DNA of 64,000 nt from a virus. Below are positions 33,701 to 44,319 of the stretch, piece by piece (position 1 is the first letter of the stretch; every line of letters begins with the position of its first letter). Under the pieces are notes generated by a model. That model was given only the letters and a program-made list of their open reading frames with translations. It was not told where the DNA came from and made no database searches. The position numbers were made by a program, and so were the translations under genes. The stretch covers positions 32,001 to 96,000 of the IMG/VR virus record IMGVR_UViG_3300025120_014916, one strand, 5' to 3'.

Positions 33701-35806
33701 ACTTGCAAAGAAAGATGCTTTAATTGCATCTGCTGTGAATTCTAGACTGCTAAACGAGCCGGCTTGTATTAAAGGAACAGCTAGCTCTACACCGCCTTCT
33801 AAGTCATTTGCTGTTCTTCTCGCTTCTTTGCCTAAAGCATCACACATTGAATTAAAGTAAGATAATGGGTTTTGATCATCTGAAAACCCGTTAATATTGC
33901 CAACATCCGGATTGCCCTCAGCATCAAAATCAAGTCCCATTATTGCAGATATGTCGTGTGTTATAATATCAATTTCACGAGTGATTTCGTTAGCTTGCGC
34001 GCGAAGTTGATTAAAATTTAATTTTTCAGACGTTACTGCCTTGTTGAAAAAATAGTCTGGTCCATTAACAAATATATCATCAGTATAAACATTGTCTTCA
34101 TATGAATGTTCGTTAGGTATATACTTTGTACCTTCATCTGTTGCTGGGGAGAATCTAGACTTGAAATAAGCGCCTAACATATTTTCGTCTTTTGCAATGT
34201 TGCTGTAATCAAATGAATTAACTCCGCTTGATGCTAATTGGTCCCAATCCCCTCCTAATTTAAAAAATATTTTTTCAAAGTACTCTATTAAAAGATTATC
34301 TAAGGAAGAAAAATCATTAATATTGAATTTACCCGGTGCTAGCAATTTACTTCCAGAGCCTAAAATATTTGCCCCTGCGACCTGGTCATAACAAACTGCT
34401 GAAACTAGTTCAACTAATGCCTCGTCGCGATCAGAGGAGACTGCTGAGAGCATATCTGATATTTTTGTACCATCTAATCTTTCACTGGCTGTTGGTATCT
34501 TTAAAACTGTATGCCCAGATGCCATTGACTTGGGCGTAATTGACCTTAGTATACTCAAGCCTTTTGCTAAATTTTTTTCTCCTGACGTAAACGATATCTT
34601 TGATTTATTAACGGTATTCTTAATCTCTGCTGTCTTAGATAACGTTTGCATAAATGTCATGGTTTTTAATAAGCTAGAAAATAAATTTGCATACATATGC
34701 TTATTTGATCCAAACATTTCTTCTGTTTTGTCAGCAGACACGTCAGCATTTATAACACTTACTAAATTATGCTTACTGTCTTTTGAAAAACCGTCTGGCC
34801 CTTCGTTTCCCGACATACCCCATCTTGATAATAGGGATTTGGCAGCAAGAATCCTATCATCATTTACGACATCAATTAGACCTAATCCATTCTGTATAAG
34901 TCTCACACTATCTATATCTCGAGTTAATTTGCTTATATTTCCAAAGGGAGTTGCTACAACTATTTTCTGTGCATGATCTTCTGGGGGCGGTAATGCTGTG
35001 GAAGCAATAGAAATTGACTCCCTGAGCAGACTTTTTAGATCGTTTATTCTGGTAATAAAAGCAATTGATTTTTGCGCGACATAATTTAGCAAAACGTATC
35101 TTGCAATTGATCTTAAGTACTCAGATTTGTCACTATTATTAATAGTTTCTATTGATTTAAATAACACTTTTACTGATCTTCGACTTCCGTATTTAGATTT
35201 TCCTATAAAAGTGTCTGGTGTTGAGCTGAGTTTTATGATTAAGTCGATCATTTTTTCAGTATCAGAGCCAAATTCTGCTAATTTTTTACTTTTACTCTTA
35301 ACAATCTCATGCATAATCGAAATTATTTTTTTCTGCTTAATATTGTCAATGCCAATGTAATCTTCGACTAAGTCTCCAGATTCTTTTAAAATATACTTTC
35401 TAATCACTCTTTGCAAATCTATGAGGCGCATCACCTGATTTACTTTTAAGTTCGCCCCTTCACCATAGTTTATATTGATTGATGCTGTATCTTGATTATC
35501 TGCTTCTACCTCTCCGGGGCTAATTGGAGCTAGCTCGTTTATGAATATAATTTCTGCTCTTAAGGGGTTGATACCTCTTTTGTGTAAGTCTTCAAAAGCT
35601 TTTGAAACATGTCTGTTTTCCAAAGCAGAAACTGTTTCTTTTGATAAACTATCTTCTTTTTTAAGATTATTGACGATCGAAATTATATTTGAATCTACTG
35701 CAACGACTCCGGTAGGCTGAGCAATTGATGACTGCGTTTGGCCAAAATTATCTTTTGGTTGTATGTTGATTTTAAATTTTGATGCTTTTGTTATTTTAAA
35801 TGCCAT
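30782..35806 (-). CDS. Giant virion protein with an 88-aa hydrophobic segment (tape-measure or ejection-protein candidate)
   Basis: 1674 aa, mostly helical; uncharged Gly/Ala/Val/Ile/Leu stretch encoded at 32966-33229. Confidence 0.6.
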   Translation of the reverse strand: MAFKITKASKFKINIQPKDNFGQTQSSIAQPTGVVAVDSNIISIVNNLKKEDSLSKETVSALENRHVSKAFEDLHKRGINPLRAEIIFINELAPISPGEVEADNQDTASININYGEGANLKVNQVMRLIDLQRVIRKYILKESGDLVEDYIGIDNIKQKKIISIMHEIVKSKSKKLAEFGSDTEKMIDLIIKLSSTPDTFIGKSKYGSRRSVKVLFKSIETINNSDKSEYLRSIARYVLLNYVAQKSIAFITRINDLKSLLRESISIASTALPPPEDHAQKIVVATPFGNISKLTRDIDSVRLIQNGLGLIDVVNDDRILAAKSLLSRWGMSGNEGPDGFSKDSKHNLVSVINADVSADKTEEMFGSNKHMYANLFSSLLKTMTFMQTLSKTAEIKNTVNKSKISFTSGEKNLAKGLSILRSITPKSMASGHTVLKIPTASERLDGTKISDMLSAVSSDRDEALVELVSAVCYDQVAGANILGSGSKLLAPGKFNINDFSSLDNLLIEYFEKIFFKLGGDWDQLASSGVNSFDYSNIAKDENMLGAYFKSRFSPATDEGTKYIPNEHSYEDNVYTDDIFVNGPDYFFNKAVTSEKLNFNQLRAQANEITREIDIITHDISAIMGLDFDAEGNPDVGNINGFSDDQNPLSYFNSMCDALGKEARRTANDLEGGVELAVPLIQAGSFSSLEFTADAIKASFFASVSNATNQHMLVNANPDLDPNIKNAKWASEEAAVIFGAERSYYTEDRIWCKLFTVNMKSILKDGSSDSVKIKDDAKYPADKSKKYKSIIYNGFGNGSASFNDSKDDDDNDTFVGIDFGRAGRIDNVHDDYSYTKIHQNDTDVKLGERLNIDSGLEAWDVLLIAAVAIVGLGAISIAGVAIAASYGSTFLGAGALGIVSTTTASGVVVTGPLLTTTLIGAASAAIFSSLGVAVLAVSATAAGTAVLISNQGTMPASEGRPAGIGFSKSGTFETILLSNAALIPDSAKPKTSTELNDPSIMSKIMSLCFGNQSGQNYMIKAKPGNGTFKAWHLVDLIDKFAEFLSALNPSNWFSDDNDDQLGDALIGENESYYEPYQFDWNEKAGEYGGIFKTNTASRYALFSLFFSRIMYKSLVVRYGGKGKHMIIKHYPTCWIAMADALERKSKNSDYDTNGKYSELKSVYDHSYSSAITMISQVRNSMMYRRSAILRNLAYLKQNTVEIREAIRRAESVLAGTSSEISPGEIIALEYLRKVGFVKTGFAFLNSGTAGVLLKNYQKNYLLDFRSDEDELANPEGISVYPYFKLESYDIRELKIMAKLFSEKGRGLTSDTDDLLGRKSIFHIGIPHGMLKALQNEAYNKTGEIEYYNSNNIAIHITKKNDLDPQIKYQSRTYVFNMAKHVASFKTSESYKTVSAPGKFTLGNHLEKYDDNWSIKNIKENIEILTAGSIKPGYGIGLNGITIIEDVDLPENASTAAKKESEYDEDVYESILENLIYDHYLKLYTHSTTGIDISETLFPIDRDVLFEGTVDDAAKLNYEELAREVINRYPAANIIPEEAQKFYRVFKSIRNTLYFSSESRLKSCLATQCFQRIFSIPVSERDFVLKTSEDNMDTTVLYKPESIPVLTLTNKKMISANKLSTVTGMDEVQRKSSFNEMFNYSPAKKILEFKKGLDSNKTDVSSFVIEVAILKSSKID

Positions 35807-35807
35807 G

Positions 35808-38624
35808 CTAGACCGCCTTGATTTTTTTCGAAGTACACAAAAGATTTGTTATGTTATTTGGCTCTAAAAATGTACCATCTTTTAAAATATTTACACAATA
35901 AATTTCAACAACACCGACAGTTTCTCTCAGGTCTATAAAAAAGTTATATTGATTTTTTTTAAACTTTTCTGGGCTTATCATACCTAAAAAAGACAAAGCC
36001 CCGTTTGTTCTTGCATATATCGCATAAAAACTAGTTAATAATGATGAAGCAGATGATGTCATACCTAGAATACCCATTTTTCTATAAGCTTTTTGATTTC
36101 CATGAATTTTTTGTGAATGTGACATGTCTAAAAAGTTTGAAAACAGCAAAGATGACACTTTTTCTAAAGAGTCCGGGCTATATAGCTTATAAGTAAAGTT
36201 ATCGCCTGTTGTCCCTTCAAAGTAAAAATCATCTTTTTCTTTATTGTATTTTGTGATCGGATCAAGTATTAAACCAAAAAATCTTACACTTTTTCCCGTG
36301 TATTTGTCAACAGGTACACTAGATATAACCGTACCTGTTTTTCTTTTTTTATTTTTTCTAGCAGCTAATGTTCTTAAAAAAGAAGATATCGGTAAACTAT
36401 TTTGCTGTAAAGGGAGCTTTTCTATTTTATTTAACAAGTTTTCAACAACATAAGATATAGATGCTATCCTGGGTGTGATAACAACAATATATTCAGACAG
36501 CACATCTTCTATATCAATGGTCATAGAAACTGTTCTTGTTTTTTCTGGTACAATAAAGTTGCCAATATTTGTCTTTTCTCCCGTTCTGGTGTTGATCAGC
36601 GTTGCATTGCAAGAAATATTCTTCTTTAAAGATTCCTTGATTTCATTAAACTCAGCAGCAAATAGATCATATGAGTTTCTGTCTAGAGAATCAAAGAGTT
36701 TGTCTATCGAATCTTTTTTAACAGATACAGAAAAGCTTATAGGCAAAGAAAACTTATCTTGCATTTGATTGTTTTGACTATCAATAGCTTTTTTAGATCT
36801 AATCTTGACGTCAATAATATTTCTTCTTTTTTCATAAATTATCTCATATGAGTTAACTGAGAGCTCTGTTTCGCCGTTATCCTTGTAGACCATGGCCTTA
36901 TATTCGTATGCGTCACCTTCTTCTATGTCATTATCAATAAAAACAAATTCGTTGTCGTTGTTTTGCTTTTTTAAAAAAATTGTTTTCTGCGTTTTTAATT
37001 CTAAAATGTTTAAAGATTTTTCTTTTTGCAAGTTTGTGTCTTCTTGGTCAAAGTTTTGAATTATGTTAAACTTTTTTTCTTTTTTAGTAATATTTCTTTT
37101 AACGACATTTATTGCGCGGCAATCAAAAGGAATGTTTTTAATATATATACTTACCTCTTCTTGCTTTTTTACATTTGCCTTATTGGCATCGTTGATGCAG
37201 GTAATGCTAACGTAAGGACCGGTCTTCTTTTGATTTTTGCTTTTCATTATTATGTTATCAAAGAAGGTGTTGTCAAATGAGTATTCTGGATAGCTTACTT
37301 TCATTCTATAAAAATAGCTTTTTTGGTTTGAAATATTAGGCGCATTACCTCCTTTGAAAAAGTAGTGCGAGTTTTTTGACTCAATTTTCGCGATACCTAT
37401 ATGATTAAAAAAATAATTATTTTTAATATTTTTTGCATTAAAATCTGCTTGCATAATTCTGTATGAAGCATTGTGACTTGTATTATTTTGTATTTTAAGT
37501 ATTGGTTTTCCGGCCGGAGATCTTTGACACATCAACCCGTGATTTGAAAGGTGTAAGCTTTGTTCACGAAGATTTTTCTTGTTTATAAGCTTGTCTAAAT
37601 CTATCTTTGTTATGTAATAATCAATAATTCTTCTTTTTTTGTCTTTTGCATACACGATTATGTCAAATGTGTTTGATCCAAATTCCTTTATAAGCCTGCT
37701 AGAAATTTCAAGCTTTACTTCAATAACTTCATGCGTTTTTTCTATCTTTATTTTTTTTATTGAAAAATTGTTCTCGAGTTGAGGTATTGACGCTTCTACT
37801 AGCTTATGAAACTTGTTTTCAAATTTTGTCATATCCTGCCTAGACTTTATATTTTTCTGAAGCCGTCCTTTCAACATTTCATCTAGTGACTGGCTGGAAT
37901 AAAAAGATTTTGATATAATGCTAGCAGGATCAATTCCTGACATAAGATACTTATTAAAATCTTTTTTAAAATTTAGTTTTGATATTGATTCTTTTGATAT
38001 TGCTTGTAGCCTAGTATTTTCAATTATTTTAAAATTTTCTATTTCTCCTGTTTTTGAATTTGAAGACCTTAGTGAAAACAAATCAGCGCGGTGTTTGTTT
38101 TTGGAAAGATGATCATGAGGTTTTTTGATTTTTTGTAACTCAATTATATTTTCATAACCGAATATATCAATATAAGGTTTCTTTTTTTCAATAACATCAA
38201 TTATTTTTATTCCGGGAAAAAGCCTCGAAGCTATATCTACACCAAAAACCTGTGTCTGGTAAGCCTTTTCCATCTTGCTTTTAAAAGAGTCTCTGGCTAG
38301 TTGCTCTTTGTTTGCTATTGCAAAGTTAACATCTCTTGCGCTGCTTTTATTAAACCCTGACAGCAGATTATTTCGTGTTCTAAGATGACTTATATCACGG
38401 CATACATAACCTTCTAGTGCTGATGATTGATTTTTAATAGCAGAAACTTTATCAATAGGCACTTTTAACAAGATTATATGCTTTTCAATCAATTCTTTAT
38501 TTTTTAGATTTTCGTCTTTAGCTGTTACTGTGGCTAAGTATTCCGCCTCTAGATCTAAAGCAAACTTTTGGATATCTCTATACTTTGAAAATATATTCTT
38601 TTTTTTATTTGTTTTTATTAACAT
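35808..38624 (-). CDS. Large Lys-rich putative structural protein
   Basis: 938 aa in the structural operon; FIDNDIEEGDAYEYKA FN3-like motif; TAG stop. Confidence 0.6.
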   Translation of the reverse strand: MLIKTNKKKNIFSKYRDIQKFALDLEAEYLATVTAKDENLKNKELIEKHIILLKVPIDKVSAIKNQSSALEGYVCRDISHLRTRNNLLSGFNKSSARDVNFAIANKEQLARDSFKSKMEKAYQTQVFGVDIASRLFPGIKIIDVIEKKKPYIDIFGYENIIELQKIKKPHDHLSKNKHRADLFSLRSSNSKTGEIENFKIIENTRLQAISKESISKLNFKKDFNKYLMSGIDPASIISKSFYSSQSLDEMLKGRLQKNIKSRQDMTKFENKFHKLVEASIPQLENNFSIKKIKIEKTHEVIEVKLEISSRLIKEFGSNTFDIIVYAKDKKRRIIDYYITKIDLDKLINKKNLREQSLHLSNHGLMCQRSPAGKPILKIQNNTSHNASYRIMQADFNAKNIKNNYFFNHIGIAKIESKNSHYFFKGGNAPNISNQKSYFYRMKVSYPEYSFDNTFFDNIIMKSKNQKKTGPYVSITCINDANKANVKKQEEVSIYIKNIPFDCRAINVVKRNITKKEKKFNIIQNFDQEDTNLQKEKSLNILELKTQKTIFLKKQNNDNEFVFIDNDIEEGDAYEYKAMVYKDNGETELSVNSYEIIYEKRRNIIDVKIRSKKAIDSQNNQMQDKFSLPISFSVSVKKDSIDKLFDSLDRNSYDLFAAEFNEIKESLKKNISCNATLINTRTGEKTNIGNFIVPEKTRTVSMTIDIEDVLSEYIVVITPRIASISYVVENLLNKIEKLPLQQNSLPISSFLRTLAARKNKKRKTGTVISSVPVDKYTGKSVRFFGLILDPITKYNKEKDDFYFEGTTGDNFTYKLYSPDSLEKVSSLLFSNFLDMSHSQKIHGNQKAYRKMGILGMTSSASSLLTSFYAIYARTNGALSFLGMISPEKFKKNQYNFFIDLRETVGVVEIYCVNILKDGTFLEPNNITNLLCTSKKIKAV

Positions 38625-38626
38625 TT

Positions 38627-39685
38627 TTAATCCATTATAATCGTAAACATGCTAATGAATGTTGGCGTGTTAAACGTGTCAAGGTATATTTTACCTACAT
38701 AAAAAACTCTTTTTTCATATTTTAAATTTACGTCTTCTTCTTCGTAGAAAACGCCGGCGTCGACAATATCAAGTTTTTTTAGTTTAGATCTAGACTCATC
38801 AATTTCAAATAGTTGCATTATTAAATTATTATCGTTTGATGTTTTTTTAAATCTAACAACTTTATATTCTTTAACTAATTCTGTGTCTACGGGCAAAAGA
38901 CTCTTTCTATTAACTACCTTAAAATCACCCGACTTGTCAATTCGCATGTCATCGTTTTCTTCTGCAAAATCTGTTATTTCTTCAAAATGCTTAAATCCTA
39001 AACTGTGTTTTATATCTTCCCATGTCTCTTTGTTTAGATTTCTCATATCTGTATAATTACCGTAATTGCTACCATCTATGTTAACAGGCGGTAAATAAGC
39101 AAAACTAGGTAGGTGCGTGAGTTTCGGATCTAGTAAAAAAGGCTCAGCATTATCAACATTAATCACCTCTTTGTTAGGTCCGGTTTCAAAAGGAACAGAG
39201 TTTGATATTGCAAAATTTAACTCATTAGTAGACAACTCAAATTCTTCTATTTCGTTAAAAGATTTTGTTCCTACAAACTGGTTTGCAACAAAATGTTTTA
39301 AAAATGATGAAGGTAGCGATTTAGATAGTGATGCAAACTGGTTGCCTTTTGTAAGTTTCAGCTTGTGCAAGTCCTCAGGTATGGCTTCTTTATCTTTTGA
39401 AAATATGTTTTCGCCGACTATACTTCCTGTCGGCGAAAAATCAAAATCAACAAGCTTGCCGCTATCATCCTTTTCTAAAACTATTGTATTATTAGGGCTT
39501 TCCATAGCTTCAAAATATATTCTTTTTCTTACTTCTTCAGTTTTTTCATTTGAAGTGTAATACACAGAAGCATCTGTTAATGAAGCGTACTCAGCTCTTA
39601 AATTGCCACTAGCAATTTGTCTTTTACCTTCTTTTGTTATAACTAAATCTATAAATCTAGTTCGCTTATTAAGAATTCCAGCCAT
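38627..39685 (-). CDS. Virion structural protein, tail-collar-like N-terminus
   Basis: Likely start MAGIL at 39685 (the ORF track gives 39691). DLVITKEGKRQIASG resembles 27950..28636. Confidence 0.65.
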   Translation of the reverse strand: MAGILNKRTRFIDLVITKEGKRQIASGNLRAEYASLTDASVYYTSNEKTEEVRKRIYFEAMESPNNTIVLEKDDSGKLVDFDFSPTGSIVGENIFSKDKEAIPEDLHKLKLTKGNQFASLSKSLPSSFLKHFVANQFVGTKSFNEIEEFELSTNELNFAISNSVPFETGPNKEVINVDNAEPFLLDPKLTHLPSFAYLPPVNIDGSNYGNYTDMRNLNKETWEDIKHSLGFKHFEEITDFAEENDDMRIDKSGDFKVVNRKSLLPVDTELVKEYKVVRFKKTSNDNNLIMQLFEIDESRSKLKKLDIVDAGVFYEEEDVNLKYEKRVFYVGKIYLDTFNTPTFISMFTIIMD

Positions 39686-39709
39686 AACCATCCAATTACG
39701 TATTGTACC

Positions 39710-39718
39710 TATAATTAT
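39710..39718 (-). promoter_or_regulatory. Putative late promoter ATAATTATA
   Basis: Perfect motif 25 nt upstream of ATG 39685. Confidence 0.5.
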
Positions 39719-39764
39719 ACATACAACAAGTATTTCTATAAAATTTTAATGCTACTTTAAAGTG

Positions 39765-42700
39765 TCAGTATCCATCGCGATACGAAGCTGTTATTTCACC
39801 ATTTGTTGTTGTATTATATGAATTTGTTGCGTTTTGATTAATTATTGTATGATACTCTAACGTGTTATTATCTAGATTGATTGCACCTGTGACAAATTGT
39901 GCAATTATGGGTGAATTTTTAAAAAAGCCTGATTTAAACTTTGAATCTCTTGATACTTCTAATAAATCAGAATAGTGACCGAAGTGATCATGAGAAAATA
40001 TATACTTCTCTCTTGATATAATTTGTTGATTTTTCCCTAGCACACTTAATGTATCTGGCGTTTGTAATTCGCCTTCGTCAAAATATCTTCTTGACTTATT
40101 AAAATGAGATGTAAACGGAAATACAAAAGTTTGTCTGCCTACATGTTTTGATCCATCTGGATTATTTAAAAAATTTGTTTCTGAATAAGTTCCTGCAAAA
40201 CTCTGATTAATTGAACTTATATAACTTCCTGTAAATCCATGTGGTACGTTTAACGATGAAAAACTACTACTGGCAACTTGATAAGTATGATAATGGTGAA
40301 CTTTACTTCCTTGAAGATATCCAATTCGATCTGCAGGTGTTGGGGTGTTTTTTCCAAATATTCTTTTTATGCCTGCGCCGTCATTTCTGTTTTCAAAACT
40401 ATAAACTATTCTATCAGAGTAACTTCCACCACCTAGTGACTCCGGCCTTGCAAATGACGCATTCATAGGTATCTTGTCTAAGTATGATCCAAAGTATTCG
40501 TCTTTTGTTGAGATATTAAATTTATCTACAACAGCTTCACTACCTATAGGTTCATTTATCTGTACAGACGTCAGCGATTGATTCATATTTTCATGATACT
40601 CTTTATTTTCTTTGACAAGCGAACCGTAAAGGTGTAATTTTAGATTTTTGCCTATTGTCATTTTATTAAATGAAGTGTCAGTATTTCCGGGTACGCCCTC
40701 AATCCCCCCAAGTGGGAGTGGATAATGAAACGTTAATGTTACTTTATCTTCTGGTAGAAGAATATAAGGCGAGATGTTAATATTCGAGCCCTGAATATTT
40801 CCGGAGGTTTTTATCTTATAGGGTAATTTGTCTGAATAGAAAGCATTTATATCATATTCTTTAACGTTACTTTTATCAATTGAATAATTGTTGTTTATTA
40901 TTCCTCTTGCTGTCTTGGTAAAAGTTGTTACACTTTGATTTGTTTCTAGTTTATCTGACAGGGTAAAACCTCGGCCTCCGGTTGGATTACCTGAGTATAC
41001 TGCAAACAGTTCCCCTGTATCCACGCCTTTAAGATAGATTCTTTGCGTTTCAGAAACAATTGGCATATTCCTAACAGGTGCTTCAATAGTAAAACTACCT
41101 GTGATGGGATTTAATCCCACATCGGCCCAATTTAATGGTTGACTGCTTATATTAGATATTTCATGAGTTCTGTCTCTAGACAACCCATCGTTTAAAAGTT
41201 TTTCTACATCTATTTTTGAATTTGATGACGTTGCATATAGGGTCATCTGTCCGTATGTTATTAATTCTGCTGTATGACGTGGGTACCCAAAAATATTATC
41301 TGACGTTGAATCTAAAATATCTCTTCTTTCAAGCGTGCCATCATTTTTTTCTATTTTGAAGTTTTGGGAATACAACTTTCCTGAATTCTTGTTGAGACGT
41401 AATAATGAAAAAGATGGAATCATTACTAGCGATGAATCAGACATCTTTTTTGAAGGTTTGTTTTCTGATGTATTGTTGTAACTATATGAAAGTTTATATG
41501 CATCCCTAGAACCTGTATTAACACTATTCGCAAATTCAAATTTTGAATCAAATTCTAAAACTACTTTTTCTAGCAAGAATGGTTTTGAAATATAGTTTTT
41601 AAGACTTATACCTACATCATGGTTACCCCAGAATCTCGAATCGGCTGGAAACCCAAAAGATGTTGTGGGTTGTGCAAATGATGACAAGGCTTCCCTAGAT
41701 CTGTTTTTTAAGTTGGTTTGAGAAGTTGAAGCTGATGCCACTGTATCTATTGTTGTAAATGCTTGTCCGTTTTTATTTAAAAATAATTCAAAGTCCCCAG
41801 CATTTTGGTATGTTACTGCGCGCCATGGGAATACTGAGGGTGAGAATTTTTTTTGAGTTTCATCCCAATAGACATTTATATTTTGGGCAATATTCGGATC
41901 GTTTACTGCTGTATATACAGAGTTTCCAGATGTTGAATTTAAATTATTTGAATAATTCTCAGTAATTCCTATTACTTGCTCGAAATTACTGTTTAAATCA
42001 ATTGTAAATGAAGTTTTATCTTTTAATGGTGAAGTAAAACCATCTATAATGTTACTATCTACACCTTCGTCAAAAAATGATCTTCCAGTGAAAGGCAACA
42101 TTACGTTGTCTTTAAATGCAGTTATTTTCTGGTTTTCATCTGTAAAATATAATGAAGCATCTGAAATACCGGATACAGTACGTGCTGTTGTTGTTATATC
42201 TGATCGCGTGTGTGGGGTTGCAATAAAGTTTTGATCAATATACTTTCCTGCAAAAGATTCATGATCTATTAATATTGGATATCTTATTTCCTGGTTTGCA
42301 GAAAGAATCTCAATTCTGCCAATCCCCCAACAAGTATCTAAAGATCTAAATCTGATTCGGTATGGATTTCTGGAAAATACCATGCCAGACTTATCAATAT
42401 CTTTAAAGTGAATTGTAAAAGATCTTCTAAACTGGTGCTGCTTAGGTGTCAATATTATTCCGTTTGAGTATTGAGGACTATAAAACTCTTCCAAGCTAGT
42501 TTCATCTGTTGCTGTATGTGTTTTTATTACTTTCCAAGGTGCCCCGGGTAAAGTCTGTATTTCAACAAACAAACTTGATCCTGGACTAGTAAGCGGTTTA
42601 GAAAGATTCAAATGACCCGATTTTTGATTATAGGGACCAAGTATTAAATCATAATATATTATTGCGTTGTTGACGTAGTCTTTTGTTTGTATCCAAGACT

Positions 42701-44315
42701 CGCCTGGCTGAGAAAAAGAAAGTGCTTTATCATATACTTTGCCAGAAACACCAATCTTTTGTTCTCTTTTTATAGATGCTAATGAAACAATCCACAAATT
42801 GTCGTCAGGTATTATACCTAATTTTGGAATATTAAAAAGTCTTTCGCTATCTGTTATATTAGAACTTAAAAATCTGTGCCTTCCTTTTTTAAACTCATCT
42901 ATTATTTTACTACCAAAAAACAATGTGTGTTTATCATCAAAAGGAGCCCTATCCTTAACACGACGGTCACTTCTATCACCTGTTCTATTAATTACTGACA
43001 AACTGTTTTGCTTTTGATCTCTAATTTTTTGCATAATTTTAGGAGATAAGTTTATATAGCCGCTATCTCTTCCAAATACATTAGAGTTTTCAAGTATGCA
43101 ATTTCTTGTTGAATCGCAAACAGCGCCTACGTCCTCAGCTGATAAAGCAGAAGACCAAATTGCAATGTCGAATAGAAGACTGTTAGGAAGCTGGGTTCCT
43201 CTTACATAAATCATATTTGTTTTACTAAGGCTGGTCATTGAGCTAGCATTAGCAGGAATTGCAGTTGAAGCGAATATTAAAGGGGTAGTATAGGTATGCA
43301 TTGCTGCATAGTCTGCCGGGGTTTCTCCTTCTCCTGCTGAACCCAAAACATCACTCATGAATGCTTGATGTGTTGATACCCAAGTATTTTTATCAGCACC
43401 TGAAAAAGAACGCGAACGACTAGCGACAACGCTTGGTACATCAGACGTGTTTGTGGAATCAACGCAATTAACGTATATCTTCATTCCGGCTCTAGTTCCT
43501 GATCCGTCATATGTCACACAAATATGATTCCATTCTCCTGGTTTTAAAATATTAGCTGATGATCTAACTGACAAAGTAGAACTAGTTCCTGAATATGAAT
43601 ATGTTGTACCGGTCAAACCTGATGTGATGTTAACATCAAACAATGTAAATTCTAGTTTTCCACACTCCTTTATAAACAAACCGTATTGAAATGTTTTATG
43701 AAATATGGCAGGTGAATTAAGTCTTAAAGTGCCGCCTCTATCGTATACTCTTTGCGGATTTTGCGTCGAATCAACTGGGTGGTACCATATGCTTATGGTA
43801 AACGGTGTATCTTGTGTTGCGCCGGCGTTGGCAAAATTAATATTTGAAATATTGTCAATAAATAACTTGTCATCACCTATATTTGTAGCCAAACAATTAT
43901 TATCTTTTGATGGTGCACTTATCATTGTTGTGTTTAACCAATAACAATTATCTCCGCATAGTGACATATTTTCCATACTAAAATATGATCTTAGCTTTCT
44001 AGGAAGTAGACTAGTTAAATATGAAAATTTTGCACTGTCTGATTGTTGGAATACTTGAGTTTTTGCAATTTTTGATGTAAATAAAGAAATATCTGATGAA
44101 TTCAAACTTCTGTCGTCTGCTACCTTAATAAATGTATCATCACCTAGTGCTTGAATAGAACCGGTTTTGTCTCCGCAAAAGTTAGACCAAAATACTAAAT
44201 TTTCTTTTTGAGTATACACTTTTTCTGAATTTTGAGATATGTAATTTTGATTATGATCATAATAGTCTGTGGCTATCAATTCAGTTGTTCTAGTTTTATT
44301 ATTAAGTCTTGGCAT
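39765..44315 (-). CDS. Giant LamG-domain virion protein (fibre/baseplate)
   Basis: 1516 aa; FTISIWYHP, WNHICVTYDG and FDIAIWSSALS LamG motifs; TGA stop. Confidence 0.75.
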   Translation of the reverse strand: MPRLNNKTRTTELIATDYYDHNQNYISQNSEKVYTQKENLVFWSNFCGDKTGSIQALGDDTFIKVADDRSLNSSDISLFTSKIAKTQVFQQSDSAKFSYLTSLLPRKLRSYFSMENMSLCGDNCYWLNTTMISAPSKDNNCLATNIGDDKLFIDNISNINFANAGATQDTPFTISIWYHPVDSTQNPQRVYDRGGTLRLNSPAIFHKTFQYGLFIKECGKLEFTLFDVNITSGLTGTTYSYSGTSSTLSVRSSANILKPGEWNHICVTYDGSGTRAGMKIYVNCVDSTNTSDVPSVVASRSRSFSGADKNTWVSTHQAFMSDVLGSAGEGETPADYAAMHTYTTPLIFASTAIPANASSMTSLSKTNMIYVRGTQLPNSLLFDIAIWSSALSAEDVGAVCDSTRNCILENSNVFGRDSGYINLSPKIMQKIRDQKQNSLSVINRTGDRSDRRVKDRAPFDDKHTLFFGSKIIDEFKKGRHRFLSSNITDSERLFNIPKLGIIPDDNLWIVSLASIKREQKIGVSGKVYDKALSFSQPGESWIQTKDYVNNAIIYYDLILGPYNQKSGHLNLSKPLTSPGSSLFVEIQTLPGAPWKVIKTHTATDETSLEEFYSPQYSNGIILTPKQHQFRRSFTIHFKDIDKSGMVFSRNPYRIRFRSLDTCWGIGRIEILSANQEIRYPILIDHESFAGKYIDQNFIATPHTRSDITTTARTVSGISDASLYFTDENQKITAFKDNVMLPFTGRSFFDEGVDSNIIDGFTSPLKDKTSFTIDLNSNFEQVIGITENYSNNLNSTSGNSVYTAVNDPNIAQNINVYWDETQKKFSPSVFPWRAVTYQNAGDFELFLNKNGQAFTTIDTVASASTSQTNLKNRSREALSSFAQPTTSFGFPADSRFWGNHDVGISLKNYISKPFLLEKVVLEFDSKFEFANSVNTGSRDAYKLSYSYNNTSENKPSKKMSDSSLVMIPSFSLLRLNKNSGKLYSQNFKIEKNDGTLERRDILDSTSDNIFGYPRHTAELITYGQMTLYATSSNSKIDVEKLLNDGLSRDRTHEISNISSQPLNWADVGLNPITGSFTIEAPVRNMPIVSETQRIYLKGVDTGELFAVYSGNPTGGRGFTLSDKLETNQSVTTFTKTARGIINNNYSIDKSNVKEYDINAFYSDKLPYKIKTSGNIQGSNINISPYILLPEDKVTLTFHYPLPLGGIEGVPGNTDTSFNKMTIGKNLKLHLYGSLVKENKEYHENMNQSLTSVQINEPIGSEAVVDKFNISTKDEYFGSYLDKIPMNASFARPESLGGGSYSDRIVYSFENRNDGAGIKRIFGKNTPTPADRIGYLQGSKVHHYHTYQVASSSFSSLNVPHGFTGSYISSINQSFAGTYSETNFLNNPDGSKHVGRQTFVFPFTSHFNKSRRYFDEGELQTPDTLSVLGKNQQIISREKYIFSHDHFGHYSDLLEVSRDSKFKSGFFKNSPIIAQFVTGAINLDNNTLEYHTIINQNATNSYNTTTNGEITASYRDGY

Positions 44316-44319
44316 TATT

